From NCBI GenBank assembly GCA_963787755.1, contig CAWBEG010000001.1, forward strand, positions 28,089-92,088: a DNA stretch of 64,000 bases. Reading direction: 5' to 3'. The notes under the pieces were generated by a model that saw nothing but the letters and a program-made list of their open reading frames with translations, did not search any database and had not been told where the DNA came from. Positions within the stretch are counted from its first letter, which is position 1, and every line of letters begins with the position of its first letter. The translations under genes and the position numbers were made by a program. The DNA is from Vicinamibacterales bacterium. Lineage in GTDB: Bacteria > Acidobacteriota > Vicinamibacteria > Vicinamibacterales > JAMQPK01. Of the stretch, positions 31,408-41,769 are shown piece by piece.

Positions 31408-34400
31408 TCAGCGAATCCGGACGATTATCCAGGAGTTCCCGCGCTTCTCGAACGTGAACTCCTGGGTGCGATCTTCGTTCCGCGTTCTGCCTACCTTAGG
31501 TTGGAAGAAATGGCTCAGCCGCGCGACAGCCGTAGCTGAGTTCAAGTCGGGAGCGAAGTTCACCCTTTGGACCACGAGCTCCAGGCGATAGAACTCGTAT
31601 TGCGCGAATGTCGTCGCCAGGTTTGCCGGCGCGCCGGGATACAAGGCCCGCACCGCTGCAGCATCGAGATTGTCGTAGGCCGATTCGTATCGTTCGAGCG
31701 CCCCTCTGATGCGTCTTTCCTCTTCGAGGCGATCGGGGACCGGTGGCGTCACCGCTTCGGGTGCCGGCGGCTTGGCGGTAACGACAGCCGGCGGAGGATT
31801 CTCGACCGGCTCCTTCGTGACGGCTGGGGGTATCTCAGGCGCCGGCGTCTTGGTGACGGGCGGCGGCGAAGTGGTCTCTGAGGGAACTGGCGTCGGTGGT
31901 GCACCTGGACCGGCGGCTTTGCCGTCGTCGCTGGTTCGGTCGCTCCACCACGCGACGGCGGCGCGCCTCGTCTGCCGCTCGCAGTCGTCGGTGGCTCGAC
32001 AGGGGCAGGCGACGGAGGTTTGACCGCGGCACTCGGTGGAATGGCGGTCGCTGCTGGTGGCGGATTCGCACCGGCAGGCACCTGGACAGATGGCGTCGTC
32101 GCTGACCGCACCCCCGCGACTCGGCGTCGTGGATGGCAGGTCGGTCTGCGCCTGGGGCGCCGATTGTTCTGGGGCGGGAGGACGATTCAACACGGTGAAG
32201 TAGAGTCCGACTGCTGCGACCAGAACAGCTGCCGCCGATCCGTAGCTGATCAAGCGAGATATCGGCGCACGCCGCACTTCCGGCGGTGCCTCCAGAGCGG
32301 GCGATGGCAATGGCGTCGCTTCGCTTGCGGGCGATGGCAACGCGGACGGCGACGGTGACGGCGCGATTAGCGGATAGACACGCTGAAAGTGGAGGCGTCG
32401 GAGCTCGACAGGCGGAAGGCCGGCCTGCTCGGGCAGCGGCTCCTCCCAGTAGACGGGCCTCACGAAGTGTGGACGGTTCAAAGCGAGCGCCTGCCGCCAC
32501 TCTTCCCGCACAAGCGGTGAACTCAACGCGTTCCACGACCAGAAGAGCTGGAAGACATCGGCCTGCTTCATGATCTCGAGCAGCCGTTGATCCCAGACTT
32601 CGCCCGCGCGCAGCGTCACAACGTCGCGAAGATATCTATCGCCGGTCGCAACGGCATGCCTTTCGAACTCCTCGACGATGGCGGTGTCGCGGTGCGAGTA
32701 GGAGGCAAAGATTCGCCGGTAGGGCCGCGCGTGCGTCTCTTCCTCGTGCGACTCTGCCGGCTTCCGATCGACCTTGATACTCAGCTGCACCTCGGCGAGC
32801 AGAAGATTTCCGTAGAACACCGACAGGGCGCCTCGAGCGACGTGCCCATCCATTGATTTATCAGCGCGGAGCCGGAAGTCTTCGCGGTGCACGCTCTCGG
32901 TCCACAGGAACCGGCGTTCTGGCGGGTTGAACGTCACCCCTTCCATGTGTGGCACAAATCGCAGCTCGCCTTCGCGCGCGACAGGGTACCCGCTGTCTTC
33001 GGTCGCGGACCGGAACTTACCCATGTCATCGCCCAACAGTTGCCTGGCTTGTGCCTTGACCTCTTCGATCGGATCGGGCTCGTCCGGCGGTGCGTCGGGC
33101 CGCCGATCGGCGAGATGAGCGAAGGCAAGAAGCGGATACCAGTGCTCAGGCTGGATCGCGGACCGTCTGAAGACCGTAAACTGGACGTTCTCGTCCATGG
33201 CGACGGGTTTCTGCGCGGCCGCGGCAGCTGCCTGTGATGCCCGTTCTTCCTCGATTCGTCGTCGCTCGTTCTCCTGCTTCCGCCGCTGTGCGTCTTCTGC
33301 CTCTTTCTGCCGCCGCGCCTCGGCTTCTTTCTGCCACCGCGCCTCGGCTTCCTTCTGCCGCTGCGCCGCGGCTTCTCTCTGCCGCTGCACCTCCGCTTCT
33401 CTCTGCCGCTGCGCTTCGGCTTCTTTTTGCCGTTGCGCCTCGGCTTCCTTCTGGCGCTGTGCTTCGGCGGCAAGCCGCCTCGCTTCATCCTCCTTCTTTA
33501 TCCGCTCGCGTTCTGCTGCAAGGCGGCGCTCCTCCTCCTCTTTCTTGCGGCGCTGCTCCTCCTGTCGGCGCTGCTCTTCTTTTCGGCTTTGTTCCTCGGC
33601 GAGTCTCTGCGCTTCTTCCTCCTTCTGGCGCCGTTGCTCTGCCGCCTTGCGCTCTTCTGCGAGGCGCCGCGTTTCCCGTTCCTGCCGTTCCCTCTCCTGC
33701 CGTTCCTTCTCCTGTCTCTCCTTCTCTCGCCGTTCCTTCTCCTGCCGTTCCCTTTCTTCGCGCGCCTTCTTCTCGGCCAGTGCCAGTTCCTCGGCGACAC
33801 GCCGTGCCTGTGCCTCCTCCTCCGCGCGACGAAGCTCTTCGCGCCGTGCTTCCTCTGCGGCAACCTTCTGCTGGATCGCTCCTGATTCCTCCTCGAGCTC
33901 ACGAAGCGCCTGGGAGACGAGCTCCTGCTCAGGACTGAATTCGCGCAACAACGCCAGGGCGTCCTGATGCTGGCCCGCCGCGAATCGGGCACGCGCGTCT
34001 GTCACTGCCTGCTGTGCTCGACGCTTGAGATCGCGTTGTCGCCGCCGCTCCTCGAGCGCCGACTGCGCTTTCGACTTGATGCCTAGCGCTTCCAGTTCTC
34101 CAGACTCGACGCCCAGAGCATCTTCGGCGGAGCGGACTGCGGCCTCGAAGTCACCCTCTTCAAAGCTCGCCCGCGCGCGATCTTTCGCAGCTTGGATAGT
34201 ACGCGCCCGTTCGCGTTCCCTCTCGCGCTCGCGCCGCAGCTCCAGCATCTCGCCCCGAATCGTCAGCGCCTGCTTCGAATCGCGATCGACCGACAGCGCC
34301 TGATCGATCAGGTCAGACGCTTTGCCGATATCTCCCTGGCTCAGTGCCCGCCGCGCATCTTCGAGCCATGCGTTGATTTTCCGCTCATCGAGCGCCTTTC

Positions 34401-35094
34401 TTGCGCGATCCATGAGGTCGAGCACATCCGGCATCTGGGGATCGAGAAGCAACGCCTTGTCGCAGGCCCACAAGGTCCCTTCGAAATCCCCCGACTCGAA
34501 CGCCTGACGTGCGTTGGCGAGTTGGGAGGCAATTTCGCGAGCTCTGCGTTTCTGCACATCCATGAGCTCCGGACGCGCTGGCGCCTGCGGCTTCGCGACG
34601 GATTCGGCGACCGCATGCTCGATGGCTTCAATGAGGAGCCGAACGTCCGACTCCCACCGCCCATCGCTGAGCTCGACGGCATTTCGAAAGGCGAGGTCGG
34701 CGAGATCGGATGGCAGGTCCTGGGCAGCGGGCATCGGGGCCCGTTCGATCAGGATGGGAATGACCCGAATGCGCTCGTTCTTGAGTGCGGTCGCTACTTC
34801 AACGCGCAGAAAATCGTCGGGGTTATCCAGGCGCCGGCGCTTGAGGCGGGGATCCTGGATGCTGAGCCATTCTCGCCCGATGATGGCGAGAAGGACGGAG
34901 CACGATTCGAGCTCGTTCTTGATGAACTTGAGGAAGTCCGCCCCGGGCGGAATGTTGTCAGTGTCCTTGAAGATGCGGTCGGCGCCGAAATGACTCCGCA
35001 ACGAGGGCAGCAGGGCCAGGACATGCCCCGAGCTGTCTTCGCGGCGATAGCTGATGAAAATCCGCGATGAGGTTTCAGCATCGACGCCGGGCAT
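31408..35094 (-). CDS. Membrane-anchored protein: TIR, TPR/coiled coil, second TIR, TM helix, Pro-rich linker, NTF2-like domain
   Basis: IFISYRREDS...DFLRVEVATAL; IFASYSHRD...LVREEWRQAL; EAEAQRQK repeats; TM AAAVLVAAVGLYFTVL. Confidence 0.85.
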   Translation of the reverse strand: MPGVDAETSSRIFISYRREDSSGHVLALLPSLRSHFGADRIFKDTDNIPPGADFLKFIKNELESCSVLLAIIGREWLSIQDPRLKRRRLDNPDDFLRVEVATALKNERIRVIPILIERAPMPAAQDLPSDLADLAFRNAVELSDGRWESDVRLLIEAIEHAVAESVAKPQAPARPELMDVQKRRAREIASQLANARQAFESGDFEGTLWACDKALLLDPQMPDVLDLMDRARKALDERKINAWLEDARRALSQGDIGKASDLIDQALSVDRDSKQALTIRGEMLELRRERERERERARTIQAAKDRARASFEEGDFEAAVRSAEDALGVESGELEALGIKSKAQSALEERRRQRDLKRRAQQAVTDARARFAAGQHQDALALLREFSPEQELVSQALRELEEESGAIQQKVAAEEARREELRRAEEEAQARRVAEELALAEKKAREERERQEKERREKERQEKERQERERQERETRRLAEERKAAEQRRQKEEEAQRLAEEQSRKEEQRRQEEQRRKKEEEERRLAAERERIKKEDEARRLAAEAQRQKEAEAQRQKEAEAQRQREAEVQRQREAAAQRQKEAEARWQKEAEARRQKEAEDAQRRKQENERRRIEEERASQAAAAAAQKPVAMDENVQFTVFRRSAIQPEHWYPLLAFAHLADRRPDAPPDEPDPIEEVKAQARQLLGDDMGKFRSATEDSGYPVAREGELRFVPHMEGVTFNPPERRFLWTESVHREDFRLRADKSMDGHVARGALSVFYGNLLLAEVQLSIKVDRKPAESHEEETHARPYRRIFASYSHRDTAIVEEFERHAVATGDRYLRDVVTLRAGEVWDQRLLEIMKQADVFQLFWSWNALSSPLVREEWRQALALNRPHFVRPVYWEEPLPEQAGLPPVELRRLHFQRVYPLIAPSPSPSALPSPASEATPLPSPALEAPPEVRRAPISRLISYGSAAAVLVAAVGLYFTVLNRPPAPEQSAPQAQTDLPSTTPSRGGAVSDDAICPGACRCESATSSDRHSTECRGQTSVACPCRATDDCERQTRRAAVAWWSDRTSDDGKAAGPGAPPTPVPSETTSPPPVTKTPAPEIPPAVTKEPVENPPPAVVTAKPPAPEAVTPPVPDRLEEERRIRGALERYESAYDNLDAAAVRALYPGAPANLATTFAQYEFYRLELVVQRVNFAPDLNSATAVARLSHFFQPKVGRTRNEDRTQEFTFEKRGNSWIIVRIR

Positions 35095-35161
35095 TTTGTG
35101 ACGTTATCTCCCCTTGGCTGATGCAGCGGAGTGTACCCTAACAGCCTTATTCCGCATAAGG

Positions 35162-35722
35162 TTATCCGTGCGACCCCAGGGTCAGGACGTCCATGATTTC
35201 GAACCCGCGCCGCCCGGCCGATTCGCGAAACCGCGCCGTCAGATCGACGCCGGGCCGGGGGCGCCCGTCCCAGACAACCATGGCTACAAGACGATCGCCG
35301 TTCTCTCTGGCGATTCGCTCTGCTTCGGCAAGGACCGCCTCGCCCACGGCGGCATAGCCGTTATCGTCAAGGCTCTCGTCGAGGATTAGGACGTCTCCGA
35401 CGGCCTGGAGCTGCAGCATCGTTTCGTCGAACAACGGCCCCCAATCGCCCGGCCTGTCGATGACAGACGTCTCTCGAAAGTGCTCCGGATCGAACGGCAA
35501 TATGACGCGCCTCCGCAAACGCAGATCGGCTGCCGCCGAAAGGGCGAGGAGGTCGGCACCGCAGGCAGCCGAGGTGACGAGGGAGGTCGCTCCGGACCGC
35601 ACCAACGTCTCATTGATGCGCTGCCGAGTCTCGTAGATTGCCGCCGACGGGAATCGCGTGAACGTCGCGTCATCCGGATCGATGCGCCGTCCGGCCGCCG
35701 CGACAATGGCGCCTCCTTTCAC
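35162..35722 (-). CDS. Stand-alone SLOG (SMF/DprA-LOG) superfamily protein
   Basis: AAAGRRID, TSAACGADLLA, VILPF...F..TSV, VWDG. Confidence 0.7.
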   Translation of the reverse strand: MKGGAIVAAAGRRIDPDDATFTRFPSAAIYETRQRINETLVRSGATSLVTSAACGADLLALSAAADLRLRRRVILPFDPEHFRETSVIDRPGDWGPLFDETMLQLQAVGDVLILDESLDDNGYAAVGEAVLAEAERIARENGDRLVAMVVWDGRPRPGVDLTARFRESAGRRGFEIMDVLTLGSHG

Positions 35723-35771
35723 AGCGCCGCAACGATAGCAGACCTTCGCGCTCTTCGCCGCGATGGGATTT

Positions 35772-36401
35772 TCAGTGAGCGAGGATGCCGGCCATGCGCC
35801 GTCGATCCGCGTTCATTTCAATCACTGTGCTCCGAATTGACTTGCCCTGCTCGCTCGTGAACCCCAGCACGCTCATCTCAACACTTTGAATTTGATCCCG
35901 ATCCCACCGGCCACTCATGATTCCTGCGAATGAGTGCGACCCCCGCCCCAGGAGGAGATGACCCAGTTCGTGTGCCATGACACAGCCAAGAATCTTCGCT
36001 GGATCGGTCCCATGCCGCCGAGCAGACGCCTCTATTCGTTCGTGGAACGCATAGGCCAGTCGACCCGTGCCATCGTCCCCAGCTGGCGCCGCACCCAAAG
36101 CAGTCGCGACAACCCTTTCGGACCAGGCATCTGGGCTGGAAACGATGAGCATCGTGAGGCGAGGGAGTAAAGACAAAGGGTCGGTCTCCCAGACGAGCCT
36201 TACTCCCACGGCCGCATAGATTCGCGCGGTTTCGGTCTGTGCGCGCACGAGCATGTCAGGACGAACGCCCGCCACGGTGCCCACGAGAATCCGTATCGCG
36301 AGCAGGTCCGGTTCGGCACCGAAAGCCGACAATGTGGTACCCGCCGACCCGGCCACCACAATTCCCATCACCACCACCAGATTGCGTGCCGTTTTCGCCA
36401 T
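35772..36401 (-). CDS. Secreted HExxH zinc-metalloprotease-like protein
   Basis: Signal peptide; MAHELGHLLLG..SH...GIM. Confidence 0.7.
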   Translation of the reverse strand: MAKTARNLVVVMGIVVAGSAGTTLSAFGAEPDLLAIRILVGTVAGVRPDMLVRAQTETARIYAAVGVRLVWETDPLSLLPRLTMLIVSSPDAWSERVVATALGAAPAGDDGTGRLAYAFHERIEASARRHGTDPAKILGCVMAHELGHLLLGRGSHSFAGIMSGRWDRDQIQSVEMSVLGFTSEQGKSIRSTVIEMNADRRRMAGILAH

Positions 36402-36514
36402 CTCGTTTTCCCCTCTGTTACGAGAGACGGAAAACGAGAGCGGAAACTGTCATGGGCTAAAAACGGGCGTAAGATGCCAGCATTCAGACATCTGGAGCCG
36501 GTGTAACCCAACTG

Positions 36515-37066
36515 TTGCTGGCATGGAGGGAAGGGGACGAGGCGGCCCTCACCCGGCTGATACCGCTTGTTCACGCCGAACTGCAGCGCATCGCGCGGCG
36601 TTGCATGCGTGGTCAGCCGCCTGACCACACACTGCAGGCGACCGCGCTGGTGAACGAGGCGTACGTGCGGCTCGTTGACGTGCAGAAGATGAACTGGCAG
36701 AACCGCGCGCACTTTCTCGCGATGTCGGCACGATTGATGCGCCGCATTCTGGTCGACTCGGCGCGGGCCCGCGGGGCTCACAAGCGAGGCGCCGGCGTGG
36801 TCAGAGTGTCCTTTTCGGAAGGGCTCGCCGTCACCAACCCGAAAGGCCTCGATCTGGTGGGCCTGGACGACGCCCTTCAGGCCCTGGCCGACATGGACGA
36901 ACGACAAAGCCGGGTCGTGGAACTGCGCTTTTTCGGCGGTCTGAGCGTGGAGGAGACGGCCGCGGTGCTGGGGATTTCGGGCGAGACTGTGGCGCGCGAC
37001 TGGAAGGTGGCGCGGGCGTGGTTGATGCGCGAGATGAAACACCGCGGCGCTAATCATGACGCCTGA
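36515..37066 (+). CDS. ECF sigma factor, Ser/Thr-kinase-associated type
   Basis: HTLQATALVNEAY, NRAHF, RRILVD.AR, VELRFFGGL, RDWKVARAWL; true start probably near 36474. Confidence 0.92.
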   Translation: MLAWREGDEAALTRLIPLVHAELQRIARRCMRGQPPDHTLQATALVNEAYVRLVDVQKMNWQNRAHFLAMSARLMRRILVDSARARGAHKRGAGVVRVSFSEGLAVTNPKGLDLVGLDDALQALADMDERQSRVVELRFFGGLSVEETAAVLGISGETVARDWKVARAWLMREMKHRGANHDA

Positions 37067-39638
37067 ACGCTGGCGTCAAATCACCGAGATATTCCACGCC
37101 GCGTGCGAGCGCGATCCGGCGCGCCGCGAAGCGTTTGTCGCCGAGGCATGCGGGGACGATCCGGCGCTGCGGCTGGAGGTTGAGGCCATGCTGGTGGGAC
37201 TCTCTGACACCAGTCAAATTGGAGAGATCCCGCTGTTTGCATCGGCGTCACGATCCGGCCCGGCCTCCCCACTCGACGTTCGAGAGCTGGCCCCTGGCTC
37301 GTTCCTGGGACCGTATCGGATTCTCAGCCTCCTGGGAGCTGGTGGCATGGGTCAGGTCTACAAGGCCTTTGATCCTCGCCTGGACCGCGAGATCGCGGTC
37401 AAGGTTGCGGCCGAGCGCTTCAGCGAGCGATTCAATCGTGAAGCGCGCGCCGTCGCAACCCTGAACCATCCGAACATTTGCACGCTGCACGACGTCGGCC
37501 CCAACTACCTCGTGATGGAGCTGGTGGAAGGCGAAACGCTGCGTGAATGGCTCAGGCGCTCGCTGCCCCTCGAGCGAAGCCTCGAGATCGCCAGGCAGGT
37601 GCTTGGAGCACTTCGCGCTGCGCATCAGGCGGGCATTGTCCATCGCGATATGAAGCCCGAAAACGTGATGGTGCGCTCCGATGGTTACGTGAAGGTGCTC
37701 GATTTCGGTCTTGCGGCGCGGATGCCGACAGCTCATCTGCCGCAGGCAGAGACCAGCGCAACAACCGACGTGACATTCATCGCACGTGACACCGAAGACG
37801 TCGACAAGCGACGTCTCAGTCTTCCCGGTCAGATCCTGGGGACGATCCCGTACATGTCACCGGAACAAATCCAGGGGCACGAGGTCGATCAGCGCAGCGA
37901 CCTCTTCGCGTTCGGGATCATTCTCTATGAAATGCTGACAGGGCGACATCCGTGGCCTCGCCCGTCACCGGTAGATATGCTCCACGCGATCCTGCACGAT
38001 GATCCTCCTGCGATTCATGCCGCGTCTTTGATGGACGCAGAGTTGGCCGCTATCGTACAGAAGCTTCTCCGCAAGAGTCCCGCGGAGCGATATCAGGTGG
38101 CCGACGCGGTTCTCGAGGTCCTCGGAAGCCATCCGGCTTCCCGGGGATCGTCGGCAACGAGCGTGGCGGGTCCGACTCCCCTCACATCGATTGCCGTGCT
38201 GCCTTTTGTTTTCTTGAGCCAAGTCGAAGAAGCGAGAGGATTCTCGCTGGGGTTTGCTGATGCATTGATTACGATGCTCGGCAGGCTCGACGACATCACC
38301 GTCCTTCCGACATCGGCCATCCTCAACTATGCGGCTGGGACAGACCCTGCCTGCGCGTGTCGCGATTTGGGGACGCGCCACCTCTTACAAGGGAACGTCC
38401 AGAAACTGGGAGACCACTGGCGCGTCTCGCTGCACCTCTTCGATGCGATGATGCAGAAGAGCATTTCTTCCGAGCAGCACGACTTTGTCCTGGAAAGCAT
38501 CTTCGACGTGCAGGACGAAATTGGACGCCAGGTGGTGGAATCGCTGCGAAAACGGTTTCCGCCTGCCGTGCCGAAATCCCGCGATCGGTACAGCAGCGAC
38601 CCGGAAGCGTATAACGAATTCATGGCCGGTCTCCGTGAGAGTTACTCTGACCGGCGGGACACCCTCGAGAGCGCCATCCAGCATTTGTCGACGGCCATAG
38701 AGCGCGACCCTGACTTTGCCCTGGCCCACGCCTGGCTGTCCTATGTCTTGACGAACGTGCATTTCACCTTCGACCCGCGGCCCGTTCGGCTGGAGAAGGC
38801 GGAACACCACTGCCGCCGCGCCCTTATGCTCGACCCCGCGTTGCCGGAGGGACATCTGGCGCGGGCATTTATCCTGTGGAGTCCGGCAAATAATTTCCAG
38901 CACGCTGAGGCCCTCGAAGCGCTGGAGCGGGTTCTGGCCGTCCAACCAAATCTCGAGCAGGCGCATAATCGAATCGCCTCGATTTGCCTGCACGTCGGAC
39001 GACTTCAAGAAGCGCGCGTCGCCCACGAACAGGCGCGGCGGTCGAATCCAAGGACCCGAAGCGGCAGCCTCGAGTACTACTTACTCTATAGCGGCGACTT
39101 CGCAGGCGCGGAAGAAGCAGGCGAAGCATGGATTCGGGAAAGACCGGGAGCCACGTATGCGCTCTGTTTTCAACCACAACCTCCACTTTTGCGTGGGGAC
39201 CTCGATCGAGCCGAGCAACGGTTGGCCATGGCTCTTCAACAACTTCCCGGCGAGCCTTTGATCACCAGCCTTCAAGGCATTCTGTACGCGCGGCGCGGTC
39301 AGACCGGCCTGGCGCTCGAGTGTGTTCGCCGGGCGCTCGAGTTGCCGCGTTCCTTCGGCCACACGCATCACACCTACTACCAAATCGCCAGCGTGTACGC
39401 AGTCCTCGGAGAAACGGACAATTCGATGGCATGGTTGGAACGCAGCGTCGACACCGGTTTCGCCTGCTGGCCCTTCTTCCGCGTGGATCCACATCTCGAA
39501 AATCTGCGTGAGAAGACAGAATTCCAACGGCTGGTCGCGGACCTTGAACACAAGTACACCGCTCTGAAGATCCAGAGCGTAGCGCTAGGGACCTCCTATG
39601 CCACAGGACCGGACACATCGAGCAGGCGGGTCGATTGA
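37056..39638 (+). CDS. Ser/Thr protein kinase with TolB-N-like and TPR domains
   Basis: MTPERW, GAGGMG.VY, HRDMKPEN, DFGLA, YMSPEQ, SIAVLPF, TPR-like helices; no TM helix evident. Confidence 0.95.
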   Translation: MTPERWRQITEIFHAACERDPARREAFVAEACGDDPALRLEVEAMLVGLSDTSQIGEIPLFASASRSGPASPLDVRELAPGSFLGPYRILSLLGAGGMGQVYKAFDPRLDREIAVKVAAERFSERFNREARAVATLNHPNICTLHDVGPNYLVMELVEGETLREWLRRSLPLERSLEIARQVLGALRAAHQAGIVHRDMKPENVMVRSDGYVKVLDFGLAARMPTAHLPQAETSATTDVTFIARDTEDVDKRRLSLPGQILGTIPYMSPEQIQGHEVDQRSDLFAFGIILYEMLTGRHPWPRPSPVDMLHAILHDDPPAIHAASLMDAELAAIVQKLLRKSPAERYQVADAVLEVLGSHPASRGSSATSVAGPTPLTSIAVLPFVFLSQVEEARGFSLGFADALITMLGRLDDITVLPTSAILNYAAGTDPACACRDLGTRHLLQGNVQKLGDHWRVSLHLFDAMMQKSISSEQHDFVLESIFDVQDEIGRQVVESLRKRFPPAVPKSRDRYSSDPEAYNEFMAGLRESYSDRRDTLESAIQHLSTAIERDPDFALAHAWLSYVLTNVHFTFDPRPVRLEKAEHHCRRALMLDPALPEGHLARAFILWSPANNFQHAEALEALERVLAVQPNLEQAHNRIASICLHVGRLQEARVAHEQARRSNPRTRSGSLEYYLLYSGDFAGAEEAGEAWIRERPGATYALCFQPQPPLLRGDLDRAEQRLAMALQQLPGEPLITSLQGILYARRGQTGLALECVRRALELPRSFGHTHHTYYQIASVYAVLGETDNSMAWLERSVDTGFACWPFFRVDPHLENLREKTEFQRLVADLEHKYTALKIQSVALGTSYATGPDTSSRRVD

Positions 39639-40242
39639 GGACTATTGCCGCGCGTGCAAGACCGACCGCACTCACACCGTCATCGCGGTGGACGAAGCAG
39701 GTAGGCCCGTGCGGGTCTCGTGCGGCTTCTGTCGCAGCGAGCACAACTATCGCGGTGGGCCGAGGGTCACGACGTTCGGCGCGCCATCGACCGTCACACC
39801 CACCCCACGGGCGCGGGCATCGGCCAACCCGTTCCCCATTGTGAGCGACCGAGAGAGGATTGCACCTGTCATGACCCCCACAAGTTCCACCACCGGCGAC
39901 CTCGAGCTGCTGCTGCGGCGCATCATCCGCGAAGAGGCCGGCATCACCCCGGCGGTGCCCGCCGAGAAGTGGCGCGGCGGGACGCTGGTGCTGCGCCCGG
40001 GCGCAGAGGGCCAGCAACCGAAGAGCTGGCCGATTGAGACCTTCTTCCACAAGATTGTGATGGTGCGAAATCGTCTGCGCACCCTCGAGCAGCAAGTAAA
40101 CGCGTCCGACCTCGCCGAGGATGTGAAAGTGAAACTCCAAAGCTACGTAAGCGGTTGCTACGGATCGTTGACAAGCTTCAACGTGTTATTTGCAGACGAT
40201 GCGGATCAATTCAAGGGCAGCGGGGCCGACCAGGAAAAATAG
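39598..40242 (+). CDS. Hypothetical protein with N-terminal zinc ribbon
   Basis: CRAC...CGFC.SEH; C-domain FFHKIVMVR.RLR.LEQ.VN...CYGSLTSFNVLF. Confidence 0.75.
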   Translation: MPQDRTHRAGGSIEDYCRACKTDRTHTVIAVDEAGRPVRVSCGFCRSEHNYRGGPRVTTFGAPSTVTPTPRARASANPFPIVSDRERIAPVMTPTSSTTGDLELLLRRIIREEAGITPAVPAEKWRGGTLVLRPGAEGQQPKSWPIETFFHKIVMVRNRLRTLEQQVNASDLAEDVKVKLQSYVSGCYGSLTSFNVLFADDADQFKGSGADQEK

Positions 40243-40248
40243 TAGTGG

Positions 40249-41634
40249 CTACGACTGCTGGTCCAGTATCTGCGATATGGTCTCGAAGAACTTCTGCAGC
40301 GGATTCCTGCGGCGCCATTCGTCGAGGTTGATGGCCTTCGCGCGCGGGAGATCGTTGTCGAACGTCGCGTGGAGCTTCGCTCCTAACCCCGCGTCGTAGA
40401 TCCCGAACGCATTCTCTTCGTCGAGCTCCCGCGAGCGTGAGTTGAGGTTCGGCGAGCCGATGATTGACCACTTGCCATCGACCACGCCGTACTTCGCGTG
40501 CATGAACGTCGGCTCGTACTCGTATATTTTTGCGCCGGCTTCCAGCAATTCCTGATACCGCGCCTGCGCGCTTGCGCGCGTGATCCAGTTATCCGTGCGC
40601 GGACCTGGCAGCAGCAGCCGTACGTCAACCCCTTTCTTCGCCTTGTCGACGAGCGCAGACTGCAGATCCTTGTCGGGGATGAAATATGGCGCCGCAAAGT
40701 AGATGGATTCGCGGGCCGACAAGACCGGCAGCAGGAAGAAATAGGCCATCGACTGGTCATCGTCGGCGGGCGAGTTGGCCAGATGAATGAACCGTTCCAC
40801 ACCGGGCGTCGACGCATTGGCCGGAACGGGATAATGCTTCGGATCGATGAGGAGTTCGCCTGAAGAGCTCACCCACAGATCGACGAACGCCGTCTGGAGA
40901 CTTCGCGCCATCGGCCCCGTCACCTTGAACATCAAGTCGCGCCAGTGCTCGGGGTCCTGCGCATGGCCAAGCCAGATGTCCGACACCGCCATGCCACCGG
41001 TAAACCCGACGTCGCCGTCGATGACGATCGAGCGGCGATGGCTGCGGCGGTGAAACCGAGTGAGCTTGCCGAATTTCGGCGTGCGGAACTTCTGCACTTT
41101 GCCGCCGGCCGCAATCAGCGGCTCGAAATCTTCGTCGGGCACCTTGAGACTGCCCAGGCCGTCGAGCAGCACACGCACCTCGACACCCTGACGCTGCTTC
41201 TTTTCGAGCGCGCGGAGCAGTTGGTCGCTGAACGTCCCTTCCGTCCAGATGTACACCGTGAAATTGATGGTGCGCTGCGCCTGGTTGACGCTCTCGAGCA
41301 GAGCCGGCACGAACTCGTCGCCATTGTCGAGGATGTGAACCGTTCCTCCACCCTCGACGGGTGCACCCACAATCGCGCTGAGCGCCGTGGCAAAGTCCGG
41401 TGAATCGACACTGGGTGGCGCGCTATCGGTATAGATTCGCGCGGGCTTGTAGCCCACGGCAAAGAACAAGGCACTCATCACGGACACGAAGGACACGACA
41501 CCGATCACGAACAAAGCGAGCTGCCACCATTTATAGCGGCGCCGAACGGCGTGCCAGCGGGCTCCCATCCCATGTGATGCCGTGCTTACCCGTGGTCGCA
41601 CCTTGTGGCCGATGTGCACCGAATCTGTACGCAT
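40249..41634 (-). CDS. cls: Cardiolipin synthase / phospholipase D family
   Basis: Two HKD-type motifs: HRRSIVIDG (variant) and HAKYGVVDG; start uncertain (41568-41634). Confidence 0.88.
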   Translation of the reverse strand: MRTDSVHIGHKVRPRVSTASHGMGARWHAVRRRYKWWQLALFVIGVVSFVSVMSALFFAVGYKPARIYTDSAPPSVDSPDFATALSAIVGAPVEGGGTVHILDNGDEFVPALLESVNQAQRTINFTVYIWTEGTFSDQLLRALEKKQRQGVEVRVLLDGLGSLKVPDEDFEPLIAAGGKVQKFRTPKFGKLTRFHRRSHRRSIVIDGDVGFTGGMAVSDIWLGHAQDPEHWRDLMFKVTGPMARSLQTAFVDLWVSSSGELLIDPKHYPVPANASTPGVERFIHLANSPADDDQSMAYFFLLPVLSARESIYFAAPYFIPDKDLQSALVDKAKKGVDVRLLLPGPRTDNWITRASAQARYQELLEAGAKIYEYEPTFMHAKYGVVDGKWSIIGSPNLNSRSRELDEENAFGIYDAGLGAKLHATFDNDLPRAKAINLDEWRRRNPLQKFFETISQILDQQS

Positions 41635-41769
41635 TAAAACTCCGTCCTGCGCTAATGCAAGATCCGGGCGCAGCGTCGAATCGGGCATCCGGTTTGCACT
41701 TGGACGAGGCGTGCTGCCAGGCAAGCTCAGTCGATATACCAGTTCGGATACTGAGGGCCCCAGCACAGC

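Noticed and set aside
33197-33967. Cys/Ser/Leu-rich plus-strand ORFs
   Set aside because: Antisense shadows of the charged coiled-coil region; most other long overlapping ORFs are likewise high-GC shadows
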